Below are positions 24,001 to 26,175 of a DNA stretch of 64,000 bases, one piece after another. The notes below the pieces were generated by a model, which saw only the letters and a program-made list of their open reading frames with translations, ran no database searches and was not told where the DNA came from. The position numbers and the translations under genes are program-made. The stretch is taken from assembly GCA_964531275.1 (NCBI GenBank), contig CAZHDZ010000002.1, positions 58,180 to 122,179 on the forward strand, read 5' to 3'. The DNA is from an uncultured Gammaproteobacteria bacterium. Its GTDB lineage: Bacteria; Patescibacteriota; Microgenomatia; Levybacterales; GWA1-39-11. Every line of letters begins with the position of its first letter. Position 1 is the first letter of the stretch.

Positions 24001-24781
24001 GGTTGCAGGATTGACTGAAGCAAATGACTTGATTTCTTCAGGGTCTGCTATTCCTTCTTCAGTTAATGTCACATCAAGTGCACAGCTTGGAGATGAGATC
24101 GAGGCTTACAATCTTACAGTTAAGGATTCATTTACATCGCTTGGTCTTTCATATCTTGGAGGAACATCTATTTCTGGAGACGTTACTGTTGCTGGAACAT
24201 CATATCTATCAGACACAAGCATTGTCGGCGTTGTGACAATTGATGACATAACTCTTACAGAAAGCTCAATTAATGTTAAAGGTGTTGCCGATGAGAATGG
24301 CGTTATCTCTGGCGGAACTCTATTTATCCAGAATTCACCACTTGCAGGAAGCATTGATCTCTTCAATGGAGGTGTAACAATTCAAAAAGATGGAACAATT
24401 TCAGCGAGAGGAAATGTTAAGGTTGAAGGTGACCTAAATGTTGAAGGTGCAATTACAACTACAGCAATTGCTGGAGAGAATATCAAGGCACATGACGCTT
24501 TGTATGTAGCCTCAGACGGAATTGTTAAGAAAGCTGACAGTAGTTTTGCAGACCGTACAAATGTAATTGGAGTAGCTGCAAAAGACGCCAAGAAAGGGGC
24601 CAAAGTTACAGTAATAATTGGTGGAAAGGCAAAGGGCTATCAAGGACTCGATGCAGGAGTGAAATACTACCTCACAACCAGTGGACAAATGACCCCGACT
24701 CTTCCTTTAAGCCAGGAGAATGCAGTCACTATTGGAGTTGCTTTCTCAGAGACTGAGTTGGTGATACAGACGGGAAGATGA
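1..24781 (+). CDS. Giant repetitive cell-surface protein (fibrillar adhesin / beta-helix-like), 5'-partial. The frame is open from nt 2 (TQDVTYTLPLDDGSNNYVL... precedes the first Met at 77), so the product is longer than 8,234 aa.
   Basis: One uninterrupted 24.7-kb ORF ending in TGA at 24779-24781. Extreme T/G/N/S/A composition. ~330-370-aa super-repeats alternate a two-Cys module (LC[IV]DGSNxVVKCS...LQSAYDGGNTI...ALANGSNANPAGQVVLVENLDTDEAIASGIRIQ...DLSDPEIVNALSLGAN) with a Gly/Thr beta-strand module (GGGYGSTGTTITNAG...TVDGISTLTG...AVNGG...). The last ~1,500 aa are non-repetitive and carry a duplicated ~60-aa module (IALAGRVPVKV...GDAL...PG.AMKA..G.IIG) plus a coiled-coil stretch. Confidence 0.9.
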   Translation, partial: TQDVTYTLPLDDGSNNYVLTTDGSGLLSWQSASGVGAGTITAVGNVLSGTAFTGSDSLSNKGNTLVFEGSTSVDDANDITLTASNPVSSIIFTLPDLGTNGTFAFLEGLQTFTGAKTFNDITIADTNIPLSGGNTTLDVTGGATRTLTLLNSTGGQVADFDLSDGSLLTAGTSRLTNAGALQNITGYSQSSGNFSQSGSGSFSTGTGAVSLNGATTTSTTLVVGTTLTTGGSASVSGNLTLEGAGRSIQTTENNTLTLGGATTGNIDLNENTYILGSNTFSVGTGLTSLGGAINVTGVATFDNNITQTGSSTFSTGTGNVTLNGNTTVSTGVSLTANGPVALDPDGGNDIVLTTAFGSGSYLQIIGLDTQTGTQLCIDGSNQVVKCSAGSTTLQGAYDGGNTITTANSRDIAINLAGNENLTATTSAGSNGYTSFALANGSNPNPPSQLVLIDNQDTNEALPAGLRIKSAGGGITTAIDLSDSDIVNALSLGANDVTATSFAITGSNGNISTNGTLTALGDINANSGVVATTQTTASLFNSTVTNLSVGNAATTLSLGAGTGTTTVNNALNVTGLSTFNAGATIPSGQTLTANGPVVINPNLGNDITLTTDYVAGSDLYVPGLETPGTAGTALCIETGTDRVTKCSASTFTLQGAYDGGNTILTTGGRDIEFDLASDDNFAITTVAGSVSYSAFALADGSNSAPAGQLILVENQDLNEVLASGIKVQSAAGAITNALDLSDAEIVNAISFGLNNIDGTNFDVTGSNGNVTTAGDIAINGGNLTTTQAAFNIFNTGVATLNIGGDATAISLGDGTSVTTINDDLVVSGGVLDALSALARVDSLQVGGGYGSTGTTITNAGNISTNGTLTVDGISTLTGSITTAGDIAVNGGNVTTTAGTAYLFNSGATTLNIGGAATTLSLGASTGTTTVNNNLTVSGLILANGGITIPAGEELAASGSASFAPDFTNDITFNTDSDSTIILNGIGTGSGNSLCREAGTNNLVECSASSITLQSAYNGGNTISTSGGRDIAFTLSNTNFSATAAAGTNSFSQFALANGSNANPAGQVVLVENLDTDQAIASGIRIQAASGGITNALDLSDPEIVNALSLGANDITATNFSITGSTGAFATSDSITASGDINANSGTIASNQAAGFLFNAGVSNLSIGEDASTISLGDATGTITINNQTLALPNATSITAAGAGLTIGSVTVGGGYGTTGTTLSGNGDIQTNGALTVDGISQLSGNVTTNGDLAVNGGNITSTQTTANLFNATVTTLNIGSAATTVSLGANTGTTTVNNNLAVSDALTVGQLATFNGGATISNGERFLASGSAEFNPSGSNDVSIAVSYSAGSYLHITGLDTQTGTTLCIDGSSNVVRCSAASITLQSAYDGGNTISTTGGRNIAYVLANDDDFTVTTPAGSTGQSIFSLANGGATSPSELILVSNNDVDTTIANGITINSAGGVITDALDLSDSEIVNALNLGANDITSSNFTLTGSNGNISTNGTITATGDITTTGNLAVNGGNITTTSTGTAEVFNSNATALNIGGAAGTISIGNGTSVTTVNDDLVVSGGALDALSALARVDGLQVGGGYGSTGTTITNAGNISTNGTLTVDGISTLTGSITTAGDIAVNGGNVTTTAGTAYLFNSGATTLNIGGAATAITLGATTGTTTVRNNLSVLGSANVTGFSTFNDRTTITNGQQFNASGSANFSPNIDNDVVINTDADSFLTLNGLTTPGIAGDALCVDASNNVTKCSTNSVTLQSAYNGGNTISTSGGRDIAFTLNNTNFSATAAAGTNSFSQFALANGSNANPAGQVVLVENLDTDEAIASGIRIQAASGGITNALDLSDPEIVNALSLGANNVVATNFSIAGSTGSITTAGDIAVNGGNVTTTNTTAALFNTNATTLSIGGAATTLTLGNAAGTTAVAGGLTVGGGYGSTGVTLSSAGVIQANGALTVDGISTLTGSVTTAGDIAVNGGNVTTTAGTAYLFDTNATTLNIGGAATAITLGATTGTTTVRNNLSVLGSANVTGFATFNDRTTVTNGQQFNASGSANFSPNIDNDVVINTDADSFLTLNGLTTPGTAGSTLCVDASNNVTKCSASSITLQSAYNGGNTISTSGGRDIAFTLNNTNFSATAAAGTNSFSQFALANGSNANPAGQVVLVENLDTDEAIASGIRIQAASGGITNALDLSDPEIVNALSLGANNITATNFSITGSNGDVTTNGSVTAAGDINANSGVIATTQTTGTIFNVGVTNLSIGNDATTLSLGDSTGTTTINNNLTVSGTALDALSALARVSSLQVGGGYAGGTGSTLATNGDVSLNGILTVDGTSTLTGDVTAAGDVAVNGGDITTTATTFNLLNATVTTLNIGGATTAYTVGGTAATGNIQGTTINLPQATVLSATSATAGFSVVNVGGGYAGGTGSTLATNGDASINGILTVDGASTLTGNVTATGDLAVNGGDLTTTASSFNLLTSPTTVNFATDATTLSIGDGTGTTTVNNALTITGATTANGNFTANAISTFNLTGGNDLTISTNNGSNSNLIITDLATTTGTTLCITGGNVVVKCAGAAAGLQASYDAGNTILTTGSRDIEFELDQNDNFTVTTIAGTTGHSIFALQDGTNTSPATQLILVENQDTDEAIASGITVTSAGGAITSGIDLSDTDIVDAIAIGANNINGSIFDVDGATGNITAGDIAVNGADITTTSTGTANVFNTNATTLNLGGVTTTYTLGGTAATGNIQGTTVNFPQATVLSATGATANINILNVGGGYGTTGATIATNGNISTNGTLTVDGISTLTGNVTATGDVAINGGDLTTTAGTFNLLASPTVLNIGAAATTLELGAGTGTTTVNNNLQVDGTTTSTGLITANAGATVSNGQTFQALGVSTFNPDSTNDVTFVTDGAGGSDVIFQNLAVQPGDNLCLEDGSDRIVICASSAISLQSAYDGGNTITTTPGLDIAFTLDDSNFSATVAAGTTAFSQFALQDGSNANPAGQIVLVENLDTDQAIANGIRIQSAAGGITNALDLSDPEIVNALSLGANNITATNFSVTGSNGNLSTNGTITAAGNINANSGTINTTQTTGNIFNSVATLNAGTSATTYTIGGTTATGNLRGTTINFPNATVIDGSLATAGFDVVNVGGGYAGGTGSTLATNGDVSLNGALTVDGISTLTGNVTATGDVAINGGDLTSTATTFNLLASPTTINFGAGATTGINIGNAAGLVTLANDVTINGDALDALSALARVDSLQVGGGYGTTGVTITNAGTIQANGNLTVDGTSQLTGNVTATGDVAVNGGDLTTTASSFNLLASPTTLTIGAAASTLTLGVNSGTATINNTTLSLPNASTINATGATANLSVVNVGGGYSGGSGSTLYTNGDASINGILTVDGASTLTGDVTATGDLAVNGGDLTTTAGTFNLLASPTVLNIGAGATTLNLGATTGTTTVRNNLKVSLVDNSPDALDIEQNGDNYINVDTTDGSEAIAFGSTAVAPTYTFLGSGLTTMGGNLNVNGGTLASSQATVNLFNAAPTTTVNAFGNASAITIGANNSGTLTVRNDVVTFASADTFNATSATANINILNVGGGYGTTGATIATTGDISTNGTLTVDGISTLTGDVTATGDVAINGGDLTTTASSFNLLASPTTINFGAAASTLNIGAITGTTTIRNWLTVNGASTFNGNVIVADNRSFDASGAATFTPSGSNDITFAVDDASGSFINITGLDTTAGTTLCLDGSNNLVLCAGATLSLQNAYAGGNTISTTGDDIEFILNGSDNFTVTTTAGATGGSVFALADGSNATPPTQLVLVENQDTNETLTSGIAVSSAGGAITSGIDLTDTDIVDAIAIGANNINGSIFDVDGATGNITAGDIAVNGADITTTSTGTANVFNTNATTLNLGGVTTTYTLGGTAATGNIQGTTVNFPQATVLSATGATANINILNVGGGYGTTGATIATNGNISTNGTLTVDGISTLTGNVTATGDLAVNGGDLTTTAASFALLDTTATQIDFAGAAALLTIGAGTGTTTLDNNLTVNLVDANADALDIQEGTRNYINVNTSNGSENISFGNATTNPSYSFLGSGTTTFTGPATANGALNANGVSTFNPTTSGDVNFVMDEAAGSYINIVGLDTVSGDPLCLDGSENLVLCAGASLSLQNAYNGGNTISTTGSSIAFTLNSADNFSVTTAAGATGYSVFALADGSNATPPTQLVLVENQDTNQAITNGIRVISSGGAITNGIDLSDTDIVNALNLGANDITASSFSITGSSGNITTAGDLAVNGADITTTSTGTAYVFDTNATALNIGGAAGAISIGNSTSTTTVNDDLTVTGNAFDALAALARVDSLQVGGGYGTSGVTITNAGTIQANGNLTVDGTSQLTGNVTATGDVAVNGGDLTTTASSFNLLASPTTLTIGAAASTLTLGVNSGTATINNTTLSLPNASTINATGATANLSVVNVGGGYSGGSGSTLATNGDVSLNGALTVDGISTLTGDVSAIGDIDIDGGDITTTQTSFNLLNANATTVNFAGDATTLNIGDGAGVTTLNNNLRANLRSNTADALDIQQGSDNYINISTLTSTENISFGNAVINPTYSFLGTGATTFNGDVNINSGTIQSNQGTINVFNTTSTGVNAFGAATTLTLGATSGTATVRNSTLSLPNARVGIGTASPLTSLHVVRPLTLPVNGKAAVIVDQLENQDIFTASASGTTRFTVSNAGNVVASGDLAVNGTGTADITSTNTQASLFNTTVTNLSIGGAATTVSLGVGGGTTTVNSALTSTGLITANAGATIASGQTLLAQGVSTFTPNLTNDVTINTDSDSSLIITGLTDVTGSILCVSSNVVGTCDATSQSLQAAYDNGNTIDTNDSSDIAFTLMNTAADSNFTVTTEQGGSGYTHLALEDGTNNVAPPAQLLRIENQDTDDILAAGIKVESEAGLIATGIDLSDTEINDAISIGANDIEGTNFDVDGSNGNIVTAGTLAVNGGTISTTQTAGTIFSTPTNVSLGAAATTFTLGANNAGTFNVRNDTVTFSAADTFNATSATANVNVLTTGGGYGSTGTTIGATGDIQTKGALTVDGISTLTGNVTATGDVAVNGGDLTTTASTFNLLASPTTVNLGAGTTTALNLGNASGTTNVLGNLTIASGKTLLAQGASTFTPSGTNDVTINTNPGGTAYFIINNLAGVTGSALCTETSTNIVGTCNASSQSLQAAYDNGNTIATTNSRDIAFTLTNDTTDSKFSVTTATGSTAGVEFLRADGAGTADPTQQVLIQNLDSNRALPVGLKVAGVTGGDVTVAVDLSDSNIVSALSLGANDIIATNFGITGSNGNITTSGAVAINSGNLTTTNTSANVFDTNATGVNAFGAATTLNIGAGSGTATINNATISFPTASAINAAGAALAVDSIAVGGGYGGSGIDLTAAGDISADGALTIDGTSQLTGSVTTGGDLAVNGAGTADITTTNTGTATLFNTTATTVNIAGGATSAVNVGNASGTVNINGNLVMGSSRSITSTGPVSFTPNSTNSVTITGDTDSFLTLVGVQPASGSTPILCLDGSSHVVTCDNTAILSLQSAYGYGNTIDTTSARDIEFNLTTAGTDSSFAITTEAGATGFTNISLEDGTNTAPPAQLVLINNEDSNEALPAGLVISSTGGGAVTTALDVSDPAILTAISLGGNDITGSVFDVDGATGDTTVGDIAVNGNDITTTQVAAANIFNTNANAINLGGVAATYTIGATTATGNLRGTTINFPNATSIVANGATANISALEVGGGYSGASGVSLSTTGDIQANGALTIDGISTLTGNVTATGDVAINGGDLTTTATTFNLLASPATVNFAAGASTAVNVGHASGTTNILGNLSIASTKSFTSQGAATFTPTGTTDVTINTDSDSSLILVGMNDVTGAAICIENSTNVIGTCDAASQSLQTAYDNGNTILTTDARNLDFTLDATSTDPNFLIKTAAGGQGNTQFSLEDGSNATSPTELVLIRNNDSNEALTSGLRMTSAGGAITTALDVSASQIGTALSFGGNDISGTAFSVTGSNGNITSSGDIAINGNDITTTTAAGANIFNTNATSVNIGGAATAYSIGGSSATGHLRGTSVIFDDATTIDATLATINGSILTSGGGYTNTGVTLAANGDVSADGILTVGGAASITGAVTLTNDIAVNGGDLTSTATTFNLLASPTTINFGAGASTAINIGNTAGTTTVNSNLTVASGKTLLAQGVSTFTPSSTNDVTINTDADSSFIVTSLTDVTGDNVCVDGTGVIGTCDSASSSLQAAYDAGNNITTTSSRDIEFDLSTTGTDSSFVVSTLAGATGSTLFNLEDGSNATPPQQLVLINNADTNEPLAAGLKITAAAGGITTGIDVSDPDVVIGISLGASNIDGTSFDVTGSSGNITSSGDLALHGGDITTTNTTATVFDTAATTVNAFGVASTLILGANNSGTATIRNQTISFPSATAVNATSATGNFSALTTGGGYASTGTSISAAGVIQTKGALTVDGISTLTGAVTAEAGITIDGATQSNLIAAKSTANLFNTTATTINFGAAATTGINIGASGGTIAIAGPVTIANGQTLTANGAATIGDGGDAIALSGTTVSLTANGAGNDITANLVDANTDALDIQQGTDNYININTTNGSENISFGNTGTNPSFSFLGSGTTTMGGNLAVNGGTISTTQTSGTIFASPTTLSIGTAATTFSLGAGSGTTTINNGLTVSGATTNIASTAINLTGNSTVLDMTGTGTLGINTTTDRAVTFGAGAFTVESNSINLSGTAPAIAATTNATNLTINAGTTGLVQIGGTSTGNLELGGGSGSTGCTLTNNTGDFACSGGITTTDTTGTVNFGFWTKDFNTGIISPVTGTDVLAITSSSTTNGALSLTTSALQSSGVAGFNNAVTITGTAGSSTYYGQRLTLTNSGTTNANTAYGQHISFVGAGSLANTMTGLYVDVTTANASDTTYAAAFMNGNVGIGDASPTAPLTVGSGDLFQVAATGNVTFNYTTPTVTFGNGGTLAFRDGTSDILRLQDWNTSQTFLRVGAHGTTNGAIFFGSSGAGTMEPSISASASGNLWVQAPGGTTIVGSGIGDITINPGTGTNQVYVNLNTGGSGTGDFNVRTNGTSFLTLSEVGASTFTQPINQKVTVSAPGTTLGSTTGVTGGVFDINADTSTANTVGMTIDFTSNDGGASGSDLYAQRINLIQNDADSNLFGLHIGLAATSATIGDSKLVDCLLCLQNLENQSGAIESAIRIRGTAAAGAITNGLNMSGATDITNDIVLQNGEVIDNNTNGTVAVTATSTTFSGDITVTGNDITFGNAETISNGTNGRITVGGADLALSSTTGDIIFGNGETIDNDTNGVVNINGRVQFDATSDDNERLCHTGADGASLTNILLEDCTVSGEDFAEWAIVGTPTAEPGDLVYVVGNLPSDPTLTLKDLTTTQYQSSVSGIISTNPFIDILGDEQYKGKPNAKPIALAGRVPVKVSTENGNIKVGDALVASSIPGVAMKATQKGMIIGFAEEDYDGTTRVSAQVLKQEEVFNSDLDDRTEYHSNPAAWDSSVGKIMTSINSFFYDPNYATAYTGNEDWNHTGDFTVSQTLFAYDVAFGIGGELTVDGAGSLSTTGSITSSALTSQTANFGDAAQFAIDENGNATTSGSLTFDAAVLSSETNNFVSRLTLDTNENNDPTKFVFKNAAGLELLGLDSNGNATIAGTLTTMVGNYDIAEDYPTRDNTIEAGDIVSADRVLDGFVSKSNTAYDKTVIGIYSEKPGFRLSQAGGTINGERAIPIALAGRVPVKVNNENGPIKKGDALTTSSTPGYAMKAVKAGQIIGKALEDFNGTTGKVLTFVNVSFADPQNILERIALDSDNNIAISKVSSDAVKLPANLTIAGKEINGTLTDALLAVGNEITNVKTGISSLETAVLGLDTKANALEEKVLTLEEQQASTAAELARTIDGTNELDSRVSSTSASLSDLNSRLDALLSQIASGSTSASGSAIGTGSASYNELVAGLTEANDLISSGSAIPSSVNVTSSAQLGDEIEAYNLTVKDSFTSLGLSYLGGTSISGDVTVAGTSYLSDTSIVGVVTIDDITLTESSINVKGVADENGVISGGTLFIQNSPLAGSIDLFNGGVTIQKDGTISARGNVKVEGDLNVEGAITTTAIAGENIKAHDALYVASDGIVKKADSSFADRTNVIGVAAKDAKKGAKVTVIIGGKAKGYQGLDAGVKYYLTTSGQMTPTLPLSQENAVTIGVAFSETELVIQTGR

Positions 24782-24977
24782 CGCTTCGATTAATTGATTA
24801 AAGGATTAACTGATCAAGTGAAATACTTTTATCTTTGTTTTGCTTCGGGGTTTATATAGTTCAGCTAATCGCTAGCATTAATCAGTTTATCAAGACTTGA
24901 GGTTCAATCGATTAATCATTCAGTCAGCAATTCGAAATTAATCATTAATCAATTAATCTTGAGGATAATCAAAGCAG

Positions 24978-25970
24978 TTATTGTTTGATCTTTCGAGAGT
25001 CCACTTCTTCATAAACCAATTTAGAAATTTCTCCAATTGTTTTGACAAGTTCATCCATCTTTTCCCCTCTTGTCATAATACATATCAAATAAGGATTTTG
25101 AGGATAATAGATAATCCCGCAATCGTGGAATTGTCTTTCGTTTACGTCTAGTAATTCCCTTTCGCCAAACTTATGAGCAACTTTAACATTCTGGGGTATA
25201 CCACTTGGCAGCCCATCTTTATATTTTGTTTGCGCTAAAAGGTTTAGGGCCTTTTCAGAATTTTCAAAAGAAAGATAGCTCCCGTTATAGAGCTGTCTGA
25301 ATAGGGATGAGTATGTTCTCACGGTGAATGTGCTTTCAGTCGGATCCTCCGGGTTAATTAGACCTAGCTCCTGCATAGTTTTTACATAAACGTTAACATT
25401 TGGGTATAGTCTTAATAGGAACTTGTCAAGGAGTCCATAAGCGAGATTATCAGAATAAATTATCATGCGAGAAAGCAGTTCGTCCACCGGGTAAAGTTTA
25501 TTAATTTCTATTTCTTCTTCCGGTTTTATTTGAGGTATTGTTGTATTCCTTACTTCAATGAACTTTGTCTTTTTTGCTAATAGGGCTGGATCAGATTCTG
25601 ACAAGTTAAGATATGTTATTAGCATTGGAAGCTTTAGAAGGCTTGCTGGTGCGAAGTCGACATCTTCATCAATTCCAAAGGTTGGTCCTTGAACGAGATC
25701 TCGAAAGTAAACGGATACATGGCTAACTTTTCCTTCTTTCTGTTTTTTTAGAATGTATTCTTGAAGTCGAAACGTAAATTGTGTATAGAGATTTTTGCTA
25801 ATTATTAGTTTCGTTTTGCAGTCGAGTTGCTCATTCAGATACTCATATGTATTAGGGCAATCAGAGTCTGCTGATGAACTATCAACTTTATTGATGCCTC
25901 TGAATTGGTACCCAATTAGTAGTCCTGCAAGTAAAACAAGAATTCCTAGAACTATTACTTTTACATTCAT
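24978..25970 (-). CDS. Membrane-anchored beta-lactamase-like / PBP-like serine hydrolase.
   Basis: 330 aa with an N-terminal TM anchor (MNVKVIVLGILVLLAGLLIG). Carries an SxxK motif (ASLLK), an SDN motif (IYSDN) and a degenerate K[T/S]G-like HKFG motif, matching the class-A beta-lactamase / DD-peptidase fold. Confidence 0.5.
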   Translation of the reverse strand: MNVKVIVLGILVLLAGLLIGYQFRGINKVDSSSADSDCPNTYEYLNEQLDCKTKLIISKNLYTQFTFRLQEYILKKQKEGKVSHVSVYFRDLVQGPTFGIDEDVDFAPASLLKLPMLITYLNLSESDPALLAKKTKFIEVRNTTIPQIKPEEEIEINKLYPVDELLSRMIIYSDNLAYGLLDKFLLRLYPNVNVYVKTMQELGLINPEDPTESTFTVRTYSSLFRQLYNGSYLSFENSEKALNLLAQTKYKDGLPSGIPQNVKVAHKFGERELLDVNERQFHDCGIIYYPQNPYLICIMTRGEKMDELVKTIGEISKLVYEEVDSRKIKQ

Positions 25971-26175
25971 GCCTATATTTCAATTTTACGTCTAGTATGT
26001 AAGAACGCAATATGCCAGTTGCGTTCCTTACATCAAACCAGTCTAAGCGAGATAGCTACCTTACAGTTCTGCTGAGATACGTATTACGAGTATAAAGAAA
26101 TTGTTGGTCAAGATTTTCGACACTTGCTGTTTTTGCTCTTGTTTTTCCCAAATGAGATTTTGTAGTCGTAAAGCG

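Noticed and set aside
1-24781. Diversity-generating retroelement (template/variable repeat) explanation for the near-identical repeats in the giant gene.
   Set aside because: No reverse-transcriptase ORF (no YxDD protein) anywhere in the window. The repeat differences are not adenine-specific as far as I can see by eye. Recombination or gene conversion is the simpler explanation.
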